Source: Callorhinchus milii
Lineage: Eukaryota
DNA length: 64,000 nucleotides
Assembly (NCBI RefSeq): GCF_018977255.1
Contig: NW_024704742.1
Span: forward strand, 8,620,001 to 8,684,000
Direction: 5' to 3'
A program made the translations under genes and the position numbers. The number at the start of each line of letters is the position of its first letter. The stretch's first letter is position 1. Positions 1 to 11,656 of this stretch are shown here, piece by piece. The notes under the pieces are model-generated. The model saw only the letters and a list, made by a program, of their open reading frames with translations, ran no database searches and had not been told where the DNA came from.

Positions 1-1745
1 ATAGGGCTATTAAGGGATGGACAAGATAAGCTCACAGTCCGCGATAGCGAAATGGCAGAAATATTAAATAATTACTTTGCCTCAGTATTCACCAGAGAGA
101 TGGATCAGGTGGACATGACAGAAGAAGAGATCAAAAATAATATAAATACATTTAAGATACAAAGTGGAGATATAGTTGAAAATCTAACGAAACCCAGAGA
201 GGATAAAACCCTGGTCCAAATGGATTGCATCCGCATATATTAAAAAGAATCGAGGGAAGAGATAGCAGAGGCATAATTACACATATATAATTACTCATTA
301 GAAAAGGGAGTAGTCCCAGAGGACTGGAGGTTAGCTAATGTTATACCTATATTTAAAAATGGGGATAGGACAAGCCCAGGGAACTATAGACCTGTCAGCT
401 TAACATCGGTGGTAGGAAAGATAATGAAATCCTTACTGAAGGAGGTAATAGAAAAACATCTAGAAACGTAAAACATAATAAAGAATAGTCAGCACAGATT
501 TCAAAAAGGAAGGCCATGCTTGACCAACCTCATTGAATTCTTCGAAAGGGTAATGCGGTAATGTAATCCATTTAGATTTCCGAAAGGCGTTCAGTAAGGT
601 ACCACATAATAGACTAATGAATAAGCAGAGCAAGTGGAGTCCGGGGAAAAATAGCAGAATAGATAGCAAGCTGGCTACAAAACAGAAAACAGAGAGTAGG
701 GGTGAAGGGTAGTTACTCAGACCGGCAGGGCATGGGCAATGGTGTTCACAGGGATTGATATTGGGACCACTGTTGTTCACAATATACATTAATGATTTGG
801 ACTCGGGAATCAGCAGTACAATTTCAAAATTTGCAGACGACACATGGGGGAATAGTTAATATAGAGGAGGACTGTAACACATTACAGCAAGACGGTAATA
901 AACTTGCTGAATGGGCATTTAAATGGCAAATGCATTTCAATGTAGAAAAGTGTGAGGTGGTACATTTTGGGTAGAAGGAATAAGGAAGTCACATACATCC
1001 TGGAAAATAAAACCCTAAATGGGGTAGAGGAGCAAAGCGATCTAGGGGCACACACACAATTCACTAAAAGTAGCAATGCAGGTACAAGGCCATAAAAAAG
1101 CAACATGGAGGTTCATTTCTAGAGGAATAGAAATGAAAAGCACGGGAGTTATGGTAAACTGCTATGGAACCTGGGTTAGACCACACTTAGAATACTGTAT
1201 GCAGTTCTGGTCCCCACATTATGGAAGGGATGTAGAGGCACTGGAGAGGGTGCAAAGGAGATTCACAAGGATGATCCCAGAACTGAGAGGTTATACCTAT
1301 CAGGAAAGGCTGAACGTGATTGGACTCTTCTCTTGAAAAGAGGAGGGTAAAGGGTGACCTTTTAGAGGTCTTTAAAATTATGAAAGGTTTTGATAGGGTA
1401 GACATAGGGAAGATGTTTCCACTTGTGGGGGAGATCAAAACCAGGGGCCATCAATATATAGCAGTCACAAATAGATCAAATAGGGAAGTTCGAAGAAATT
1501 TCTTCACACAGAGAGTAGTGGGAATGTGGAACCTGATACCACAAGGAATTGTTGAGACAAAAAGCATAGATGTATTTAAGGGAAAGCTGGATAGGTACAT
1601 GAGGGAGAAAGGAATAGAAGGTTATGCTTGAAGGCTTAGTTGAGGGAGAGCGGGAGGAGGCTCATGTGGAGCATAAACAATGGCATAGACCAGTTGGGCC
1701 GAATGGCCTGTTTCTGTGCTGTATATTCTAACGTATTCTAATGTA
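1..1745 (+). mobile_element. CR1-clade LINE, 3' part of ORF2 (reverse transcriptase, frameshifted) plus 3' UTR
   Basis: Fragments read AEILNNYFASVFT, PGNYRPVSLTSVVGK, KFADD, WQMHFNVEKCEVVHFG, RPHLEYCMQFWSP and RRNFFTQRVV. The element ends in a short tattcta-type repeat tail. Confidence 0.93.
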
Positions 1746-1954
1746 GTTTTCTATTGGCTCTGCCCATAGTTCATTCCTCTAACACTGGGCATAAGCCTCG
1801 ATGTTCTCCTCTGCACTGTCTCTATGTCCTGGACAGTCCCTTATGCCCTTGGGTGGGTAAAACCTTATTCAAGTACGTTACTGCACACACTTCTGTTTAC
1901 TATCTGTAAGTATGAACCGAGTTGTTAGTCGATTGACGGATCGCTTTTCAGGTG

Positions 1955-2150
1955 TAATAATCCCTTTTTTAAAAAAATGGGCACTCAATCCATGACTGTT
2001 TGTGCGACATCACTGTGCGAGATTAGCTGCTACGTGTCACCCACAAAATCCAGTCAATACACTTTACAATGTATTCTGTGAAGCGCTTTGAGACATCTCA
2101 ATGACATGATATGATATCAAATGCAAGGATTCTTCTTATTATTATTATTA
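1955..2150 (+). mobile_element. 5'-truncated tRNA-derived SINE (same family as 59129-59468)
   Basis: Has the shared body (gactgtttgtg..gctgtgcg..attagctgc) and tail (gtgaagcgctttgagac..atcaaatgcaaggatt(att)n). Confidence 0.8.
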
Positions 2151-2896
2151 CTGTACCATGCATGTGAATCCTATTCTTAATTCCTATATGGAGTAGCTTG
2201 GCTTTCTTCCAGATAAAACCAATCATTCGCTTAATAGTTGTTTGTGGGACATTGCTATCTGCAAATTATAACATTCACCTACGAAGTCCATAGTCACCAC
2301 ACTTTACAGGAAACTTTGCATAACATTTTGAGCTAAACACAACATTATAAGCTGCTGTAACAAATGTTAGAATTATTGAGATATCTGGTGGTGGAAGTTA
2401 ATTCTATAGAACAATAAAGGGACTTGATAAATCCAGAGCAGGAATATCGTTGGGGTTGGAGGTGACTGTAGGGAAGCCAGCACCAGCACATACACAATAG
2501 GATGAATGGCCTCCTCTGTGATGTGCTGTAAATTCTGTGTTGTGACAGCTGAGCTTCTTTGAAAACAGTCCTTTTATTGGAGACATACTGATTATTAATC
2601 CAACACTGCAATTAAAAAGCAAACCATTTACCTACCAGATTGGATGACAAATTGGTTGGCTGGTTGGACTATTGTCTGTATCACTGCCTGGCTTTGTCGC
2701 TGCTCAGTTAAAGATGTTTAGTAACTGAGTAACGTATAATGACCAGCATCTGCTCTATAAATGTTTAAAACATGCTTCTTGCACTTTGAAGTTTACTGCA
2801 ACCAATGAGGATTTTCACAATGAACACATGAAACCATAAATTCCTCCAGAGCTCGTCTGAGATGAAGGCCTTGGTGGAAGATTCATGCTATCTGTA

Positions 2897-3510
2897 AACA
2901 ACAACAACAACAACAAGATTCCATTTATAGAGCGCCTTTCACGTCGGGAGGACGTCCCAAGGCGCTGTACAGTTGGGTCAGGACCTGAGCAGGGGGGAAA
3001 TGGTCAGGGTGAGGGGAGGGAAGGTCGGGAGCCAGGAGGGGGTAGCGAGTCGAGAGTGGAGCTGAAGGCTCGGTCAAAGAGAAAGGTCTTGAGACCGGCC
3101 TTGAAGGAGGAAAGGGAGGAAGCGGCGAAGGCACTGGGGGATAGAGTTCCAGAGCCTCGGGGCTGAGAGGCTGAAGGTCCGGCCACCGATGGTAGGGCAG
3201 TTGTGGCGGGGGATGTGGAGCAGACCGGAGCCAGAGGAACGGAGGGTACGGACAGGTAGGTAGGGGGATAGTAGGTCAGAGAGGTAGGAGGGAGCGAGGC
3301 TGTGAATGGCCTTGTAGGTGAGGATGAGGATCTTGAATTTGATCCTCTGGGGGATGGGGAGCCAGTGGAGGCGAGCGAGGGTGGGAGTGATGTGTTCCCG
3401 AAGCCTGGTGCGGGACAGTACACGAGCTGCAGAGTTCTGAATGACCTGCAGCTTGTGGAGGGAGGTGTCGGGAAGGCCGGCGAGGAGAGAGTTCCCATAG
3501 TCCAGCCTTT
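2897..3510 (-). mobile_element. L2-clade LINE 3' end
   Basis: Minus strand reads ..ALPSVAGPSASQPRGSGTLSPSAFAASSLSSFKAGLKTFLFDRAF, with an HWLP-type segment, and ends in a (gtt)n tail. Confidence 0.85.
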
Positions 3511-3859
3511 TATATTGATAACAAACCCTTCACGTTGGGAGGAACCACAGTTAAGCTGAACAAGGAAGCAAGTGCAAAGGTGGTGAATAAATTGAAAGAT
3601 TGTTATTGGTAAGATTGAAAGGATATGGTGCAAGTCCAGAAAGTGCTGAGGACAGCACATGTACAGTCACGCCAGTTACAGTGCACTAGGCCATTCAGCC
3701 CACTGTGTCTGTAAGCGCTCTGGGACCCCACCCCGCGTGAAGGGCGCTATATAATTGCATGTTGTTGTTGTCCTGCTGCTGCCTCTTCACAGGAGCTATC
3801 AGCTCTGATCCCATAATCCCCCACAAACACCCAGTCACTGCACTTTACAGTGAAGTACA

Positions 3860-4580
3860 CCTCACTGAGCCAGTCAGGAACCTTGGCTTGTTTACCCTCA
3901 ACTGTCCTTTCTCCTGCATCTCTACCATGACCCGCGCTGCCTTCGCCCATCTCCTCAACAATGCCCGGCTCCTCCACTGCCTCACCCCTCAGGCCATCGA
4001 AACACTCATTCACGGGTTGATGACATCTAGACTCGACCACACAAACTCCCTGTTTCTTGACCTTTCCAACTCTTCCCTCCACAAGCTGCAGATCATCCAG
4101 AACTCTGCAGGTTGTGTCCTCTCCCTATCAGGCTCTGTGACCTAATCACCTCCACCCCCACCTGGCTCCACTGGCTCCACATCCCCCAGAGGATAGAGTT
4201 CAATATCCTCGTCCTCGCCTTCGAGATCCTCCATGGCCTTGCCCCTCCACCTCTGTGACTTGCTGACTCTATATCAACTTGTCCACTCCCTCCACTCAGC
4301 ACACTTCAGCCTAATCCAAGACCTCCACCCGGCCTGACCCATCATCACTGGTCGGGCCATCAGCCTCTCTCCTCCCACCTTTCCAATTCCATCCCAAGTT
4401 CCCTTCACCACTCTCCCTTCATTGCCTCCTTCAAGGCATATCTCCTCTTCCACTGTGCCTTTGGCCACCCTCCTATCATCCACCCTCCCTTATCCACCCA
4501 CACTCCCCTGCTCGGGTCCAAATCTCTGATTGTCCAGTGCTTTGCAACCTCCGGCTGATGTGAAAGGTGCTATATACACC
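3860..4580 (+). mobile_element. Degraded L2 LINE ORF2 C-terminus and 3' UTR
   Basis: VRNLG..LIHGLMTSRLDHTNSLFLDLSNSSLHKLQIIQNSA is a typical L2 motif. Confidence 0.85.
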
Positions 4581-5189
4581 CGCTCTATGCCTGTTTCTGG
4601 GACACTGCTGTGCACAAACTATCTGCCGTGTTTTGTCCACAAAATACACAATAAATCCATTTCACAGCGTATCCTGTGAAGCACTTTGAGATGTCTCGAC
4701 AATATAAGTTGCTTAACATCAAGGATTATTATTATCTCCAGCTCCAAACACGAGGAGGTCATTGAGGACAAAACTGAAATGATCCACCTCTTCTCTCCAC
4801 CTTCTCCCTCTGCCCCCACTGCTCCTACCTGCACACAGTTCTTCCTCTTTCAGGCACCACATTGACCTTCCATCCACCCACCCAACTCCCCATCACTCAG
4901 ATCTCCCTCCTTGGTTGGAAGGGAATAACAGGGAGAAGTTAAATATTCATAGTTTACAGCATGAGACAGGGGAGAGGGTTTCAGATCCTGGTGGAGACAA
5001 CGCTGGAGCCAGCAGCACAATGTAGTGATGACACACAGAATGAATGAAAGCCAATTCTCTCAGCAAATTCAAGAGCTGATGGTGTCTTGTAGAAGTCATT
5101 GAGGTGTGTAACAATACTGTTTATATTTACATTCATCTCAGGAGGACGTCTAGATTGCTTGACAATGCTGGAATGGGCACCAAACTGGA

Positions 5190-7200
5190 GTGGGGAGGAA
5201 AGCATCTGGACAACAGTGATCACAACATCATTAGGTTTAGAGTACTTATGGAAAGGGAACAGTCAAAAGTAAAGATACTCAACTAGAAGAGGCTAATAAG
5301 AGTGAGTTGAAAAGGGATCTTGCCATCCCGGGTTCTGGAGTGCAGTAAAAATGTGCATTTTCAGATGTGTTGTAACAAAGAGATTCTGATGTTATTTTCA
5401 AATGGTGGGAAAGACCAGGACCAGCACCGGCAACACACAGCAACAGCATCCCACACTCCCATCTTTGGTAAGAGTTAAGGAGCAGAAGAGGAGTTGTTAC
5501 TCTGCTGTGTGTTTACTATAGACCACCAAATAGTGGGAAGGAGATAGAGGAGCAAATCTGCAAACAGATTTCAGAAAGATATAAAAACAAGAACAAAATT
5601 ACATTTGTATAGTGCCTTTCACATGGGGAGGACGTCCCAGCAATACAGTAGTGGTAATGGGAGACTTTAATTACTCAAACATAAACTGGGAAGAAAACAG
5701 TATAAAGGGCATGGATGGGGAAGAGTTCATAAAATGTGGCAGGAGAACGTTCTGGATCAGTATGTTTGCAGCCGAACAAGGAAGGAAGCAGTACTGGATC
5801 TAGACCTGGGGAATGAAGTGGAGCAAGTGGAGCAGGTTTCAGTAGGAGTGCACCTGGAAAATAGTAATCACAACATCATTAGATTTAGAGTATTTATGGA
5901 AAGGGACAAGGAGCAATCAAAGGTGAAGATACTCAACTGGAAGAGGCTAATTACAGTGAGTTGAAAAGGGATGTAGCCAAGTGGGACTGTAAAGAAAGAT
6001 TGATGGGTAAAATAGTAAATGAGCAATGGGAGGCATTCAAGGAAGAGATAGTTAGGGTGCAAAGCAAACACATTTCCATGAGGAGAAAAGAAGGGTGTCC
6101 AAAGCTAGAGCTCCCTGGATGACTAAGGAAATTGGGATTAAAATGAAACTGAAAAAGGAGGGTTATGATAAATATCATGTTCAAAATACATTAGAGAATA
6201 AAGCAGAAGTGCAGTTGGTGTAGTGCATATGGATTTTCAGAAGGCATTTAATAAGGTACCACATGATAGACTTGTTAGCAAAATTGAAGCCCATGGCATA
6301 AAAGGAATAGTGGCAGCATGGATATGAAACTGGCTGGGAAAGCAGAAGGTAGTGGTGAATAGTTATTTTTCAGACTGGAGGGAAGTATACAGTGGTGTCC
6401 CCCAGGGGTCGGTATTTTTGATATATGCAAGTGACTTGAACTTGGGGATAGAGAGCAAAATTTTTATGTTTGCAGATGAAACAAAACATGGGAACGTGGT
6501 AAACAGTGAGGAGGATGGTAGCAAACTGCAGGAGATCAGAGACACTGGTGAAATGGGCAGACACAAGGCAGATGAAGTTTAACGCTGAGCAGTGTGAGGT
6601 GATGCATTTTGGGAGGAAGAACGAGGAGAGGCAATATTCAATAAATGGTACAGTTTTACAGGAGCAGAGAGACCTGGGGCTTCATATACACAGGTCTTTG
6701 AAGGTGTCAGGAAGGTTTTTCCACCACCTTTCAGGCAATGCATTCCAGACCATAAGAACATAAGAACTGTTAGACGATAAAAGTCCAAGATCCATCTAGT
6801 TTGCCTTCCATCTTCCTGGCGGTCGCAACCATAACAACTCTGTGTAAAACAATTTCTCCTTATCTCCCCTCTGGTTCTTTGCCAATTATCTTACAACTGA
6901 ATGCCCTGGTTAGCAACCCACCTGCCAGTGGAAACCATTTCTCCCTATCTACTCTATCAAAACCTCTCATAATTTTGAACATCTCCATTACATCTTTCCT
7001 AAACCTTAACTAGATAGGAATAAGGGGCTGTCAGCATGGACTGTAAAGGGCAAATCGTGTTTGACCAAATTGATAGAGGTCTTCAAAATAGCAACCAAAG
7101 GGTAAAGCTGTGAATGTGTGTGTGGATTAGTAGAAGCTGTTTGATAAGGTGCCGCATGAGAGACTGTGGTTGACATTCAGGGCTCGTGGGATGGGGGATG
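5190..7200 (+). mobile_element. Fragmented CR1 LINE (endonuclease and RT pieces; internal deletions; one antisense piece at ~6790-7020)
   Basis: Fragments read VYYRPPN, VVMGDFNY, LENSNHNIIRF, SGVPQGS, FADETK and QMKFNAEQCEVMHFGRKN. Confidence 0.85.
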
Positions 7201-7321
7201 GTGGCGGTTTGAATAGGGATGTGGATGTGTTGGGTTTGAAGGTGTGGACAGCAGTGGAATTAATCACTCTGTTGAAGCCTGAGGCAAAAGGTTTGTCGAG
7301 AAAAGACCATCTTATTCTGTT

Positions 7322-8957
7322 TAGAAATGTCAAAATCAGAATCTATGAAGAGAGGAACCAAACCTTGTACTTTATGTTTAAGAATTATTTTAATTACTAA
7401 GGCAGAAATACATATAACTTCACATTGATTCAATAAGCAGGTTACAGCAGGCAGGGTATGGTAGTCAATATTGTGCTGTTACTACAGAAACACATTCACT
7501 TCTTCTCTCTCAGCCAATTTAACTCTTCATGTTTCAAGGCACAGATCACTGACATATTCTAACATCTTATCTGTAGTGACACCAGCTACTCCATAACATC
7601 TGTCACACTTAGAGAGATTCTGCAACTTCGTTTGATGAAGTTTGATTGTCGTTCCACAGATCAGTCAGTCACTAGCTAACAAGCATAAGCATATTTACCT
7701 GCACTGAAACAATAATTTAAACACAAATTCATTTCTAATCACAACAGTTGAAGGCTATGAAGCACAGATTGGGGATAAAAGCATGTTTTTTGGTTGGAGG
7801 CAGGTAATTAATCCAATTCTTCCCTTGTTTGTACTTTGTCTAAAGAAAAACTAAATATTTTTTTGCAGTTGATAAAACTCTCCACATGATCGTCCCTCAA
7901 CCTCCATCATATCAGCCACTTTTCGTATCTGTTCAGCAATTTTTGACTTGGCTCCACTGAGAAAGTAAATGATGTTCTTTATTGCAAAGTAGACCTCATA
8001 CACAACAAAGATTGCTATGAGACGCTGTAAAACAGCCTTCACTGGGTTTACCCTGCGGGTGGCCTCCATGTTGATAATGGGGCGAAAACTACCTAAGCTA
8101 CTGGAGAACATCTCAGCTTTCCCAGTAAATGTGTCTCTTCCTGATTTCATGAACAATTGGATTCTAGTGTTTAGTTTATTGTAGCAATCCGCCATGGCTC
8201 TGCTCTCTGTTTTATATTGTTCTATTATTTCATTCACTCTTATCACTTTCTCTGCTTGTGTAGCAATGATATTGCCACGAGCTACAGAGATACGATTACC
8301 CCTGACTTCAAGCACCAGAACTCCCAGAAGGCTGAGGCTGAATGTGAACACCAACCTTTTCATAATTTCGTTCCCTAATTCTATGACAGTGACTATTCCC
8401 ACATCAAACAGTATCATTCCGACAATACACAGTATGGAGCCCACAATGGTCAGAACTGTGTCTGATCTGTGATGGCTGTCGATGTGGTCCGCAGCCTCTC
8501 GCAGTGTTCTCAGGTGTCCTGCCACCTGTTGTCTCCACACAGAGAGCTGTGATTTAAAGCTCTGCACATCATCAGTCCTCTTTGCCAGCTCAGTGAGGAA
8601 GGCTTTCCTGTGAACACAAACACAACCAACTCTCAGCTACTGCCCACATACACACAGCACCAGACACAGGGAGCCCAGTGGGGTCAGGGCAGCCTTTCCC
8701 ACAGAGGAAAGTAGTTACAGATTTCTGAAGAGAAAGATCATGTGTTGTCCAGAGGGCTGAGGGCAGCTCTGTCTGTCTCTCTCTCTTTTATGTTTGCCAA
8801 CAGCACAATATTGACTACCATACCCTGCCTGCTGTAACCTGCTTATTGAATCAATGTGAAGTTATATGTATTTCTACCTTAGTAATTAAAGGAACTCTTA
8901 AACATAAAGTACAAGATTTGGTTCCTCTCTTCACAGATTCTGAGTTTGACATTTCTA
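7322..8957. repeat. Inverted repeat; arms 7322-7480 and 8799-8957 (~159 bp) flank the APOL-A terminal exon
   Basis: ..gtatggtagtcaatattgtgctgtt (ends 7480) is the reverse complement of aacagcacaatattgactaccatac.. (starts 8799). The inner ~77 bp match perfectly; the outer part has scattered mismatches. Confidence 0.93.
7851..8607 (-). CDS. APOL: Apolipoprotein L-like gene A, large terminal coding exon (divergent paralogue)
   Basis: Acceptor gtttgtgttcacag|G, then an open frame KAFLTELAKRTDDVQSFK..LREAADHIDSHH..RVNEIIEQYKTESRAMADCYNK..SGAKSKIAEQIRKVADMME. It is colinear with the 62755-63508 protein and with the APOL C-terminal GAKS..A..(I/L)..VA motif. Confidence 0.8.
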
Positions 8958-9039
8958 GCAGTTCAAAGGAAACGAGGGAAGTTAAAAAGAGTTGGTCACA
9001 TGATTGTTTTATTATTCAATCTCAGTCTCCAGACTTTAT

Positions 9040-9260
9040 TAATATGCTATAATATAATATTAATATGTTATTTTATTGTTATATTTATTGTCATAATAAA
9101 TTAGTTGATAATTTATAAATAATATTTATAATATTTATAAATAAACAATCTGTAAATATGTGAATAAATACATTTATAAATTAAAGAATTAGAATTTATA
9201 AATATAACATTGCAAATTATTATAGTATAGTTTATATTATTTTATGTAATTTTATATAAG
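9040..9260. repeat. AT-rich low-complexity tract
   Basis: Almost pure A/T with ataatattt-like units; also present at ~33880-34100. Confidence 0.8.
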
Positions 9261-9712
9261 TGTCTGTCATTAAACAACATCTGCCGCCTCTCAGCCCAGT
9301 TCCCCAACCTAACCACGTTTCTGTCCACGAGTCCTGTTATCAGTGACCACTCAATCCGGGATCCGAGTTTAAACCCCAATTGTAGACCATTACCATGAAG
9401 TAACCAGCAGTGACCCCAACACTGAGCCCTGGGCACCTGCCAGTCACTGGCGACGTCTCATTGTGCTCCAGGAACCACTGCCCTTTATTTCCTTTCATTC
9501 AGGGAACTTCTTATCCAATTTACACGTCCCTCTATCCCGCTGACACTAACATGTGTGTGGAGCCAGGAACATCCCCCACCCCCCCATCTCTGAACCTGGG
9601 TGGGGGGGGGGGGGGGAGAGAAATTAAATAAAGAGCCATTCAGACAGAGTCAAATGAGAACGAGAACAATATCAGGCAGTTTCATCAGCGGTTGTCTCAC
9701 ACCTGTACGTAC

Positions 9713-9737
9713 CAGATTTCGGTGTTGCTGACTGTGT
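9713..9737 (-). CDS. APOL: APOL-A 25-nt micro-exon (TVSNTEIW)
   Basis: tttcttgtttaacag|ACACAGTCAGCAACACCGAAATCTG|gtacgt. Same length, phase and donor as the micro-exons at 13214-13238 and 60890-60914, and it joins in frame to 8607. Confidence 0.8.
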
Positions 9738-9829
9738 CTGTTAAACAAGAAAGAAACAAGAGCCATTACCACTGGTTATTAACAGATATTGAATGACAAA
9801 TGTCCTATCCTCCTTCTGGTGTGTGGTGT

Positions 9830-10270
9830 GTGTGGGGTGGTAAGCGAGGTCTCTTCAGAGCTGAACTGGCTCCAAGGTGATATGTTTGCTAACAGAATGT
9901 CAGTATGGAGCCCACCCTCTGTTACGGTCTCTAATGCAGGTCCTGAGCAGCCGGGTCCGCAATATTTCAGAGCACTGCTGATGACAGCTCAGCCCAGCTC
10001 ATCGGCAGGACTTGGAGTGGCAGACTAGCCACAGTAAATCTTCCCAAACAGCTCCTGTTAACCCTGAATGCCTTAACGGATGAGATAGTGCCAGCTGGCA
10101 AACGATGGGAAAGCTTACCAGTGAGAAAAAAACAATGGCAAGCTCTGTGGGATTATCTGGATAGACTCCAGCAGTTACCGCAATGCACACTCTGGGGTCC
10201 ATGTGAAGGGCACCTCTCAAACCTGCTACTAATACTCTCTCCAGAATTAGGTAGCAGGATGCATCCCCTG
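9830..10270 (+). repeat. Unclassified interspersed repeat (related copies at ~16180-16720 +, 25400-25940 +, 58645-58950 +, 61700-61910 -; partial copies at 11300-11420 and 15870-16000)
   Basis: Shared blocks gagctgaactggctccaaggtga, ctgctgatgacagc(c/t)cagc, tagactccagcagtta and ccagaattaggta. No recognisable coding capacity. Confidence 0.75.
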
Positions 10271-10416
10271 TCACGGTCATCTTATTTTTATTAATGCTTT
10301 AACTTTGTCTAATGATATTTCCTATGGATAGCCTGTGCACAGAGAGTTTGTGTTAAAATAAGGCGCTTTGCTTTAAGCGGAATCATGGTCCAGGGAACAG
10401 AATATAATCTTAAAGG

Positions 10417-10418
<2 letters not shown>

Positions 10419-10449
<31 letters not shown>

Positions 10450-10640
10450 CCTTGCATTTGATATAGCGCTTTTCACGTCGGGAGGACGTCCCAAAGCGCT
10501 TCACAGAACACACTGTAAAGTGAATTGACTGCATATTTGTGGGCGAACGCGGCAGCCAATTGCGCACAGCAATGTCCAACAAACAGTCATAGATTGAAAA
10601 TGACCAATCTATTATTGCTTTTGGTTTTGGAGGGATTATT
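10419..10640 (-). mobile_element. tRNA-derived SINE, 5'-truncated, with a long (att)n tail
   Basis: Reverse complement closely matches the 3' two-thirds of the SINE at 59129-59468. Confidence 0.9.
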
Positions 10641-11656
10641 ATCACACACAATGTCTGTGATCTGGGTGAGTGTTGCAACAGAAAGCATAGGAAATCATCA
10701 TGTGGGTCATGGAGCAGGAACCAAGTGATACAACGGCAGGGGAGGAGATTGTAAATGACGGGAAAAGGTATCGAGAGATACATTGAAAGGGGGAGGAGTT
10801 AGGAAAATATAAAATGAGGAGCTCATTAAACTCAGAGTCACTCTTCACTTTTAGTGTCATCAAGAAGGCACGTGCCTGACCTGAGAGCCTTGTCTCTAGA
10901 TCAAGATTGTTTTTTCTTTATTCACTAACTTTAAGCTCCTCGAGTCATAATTATTGTGTCAGAGTTTTTCTGTTTCTTAACGTTGTGACTTTTTATCTTA
11001 TATTGGTCAGTGTAATGAGGTATAGGGTTGTTAGGATCAATAAAGCACCATTGTGTTTTCTAAAAAGCGCATGTCGAGTCTGTTAAATTCAATGATCTAG
11101 AAACAGGTTACTGCAGAAGCCACTGTATGTTAGATGAGAAGGGCACCTACTGAATTATAATTGGGATTACCTGTCATTAATTCTCACACAGTGAAGGGAA
11201 CTTGCACGTCACCAAGAAGAATCTACACAGAGGCCACCTGGGACATTGTGCGCTTAACATAACATGGGTTTACATTTGGGGGTGAGAACCGTCACACCCT
11301 CCAGGGAAAGAGAGCGCATTCCATTCCAGATACAGAAATATCCACAAATGTGGAACACTCAGTCTGGTTTGGAGACTTTTAAGCACCCGATGGGTTTCCA
11401 CGTGTATCAGCCACTCAGTTGCTCAAACAAATTGTATATGTATTTATTTATACAGAATCATTTTCTACCATATATGGAGGTGTAGAATTATAGGCTCGGC
11501 TGGCAAATGAGCAATGGTACAGCTGGAGTGAGCAGGCGGGAGGTGGAGATAGTGAGGGCCAGAGGTGAGGAGGTGCAATCCCTTCTCTTTGACACACACT
11601 GTGCCAGCCTTGCTCTCTCCCCCTCACACACATCACAAGTTTATTATTTGTTTTGG

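Noticed and set aside
2560..2880. Possible promoter or first exon (ctataaat, ccaat, minus-strand donor-like site at ~2631)
   Set aside because: The motifs point in inconsistent directions and no linked exon was found in the window.
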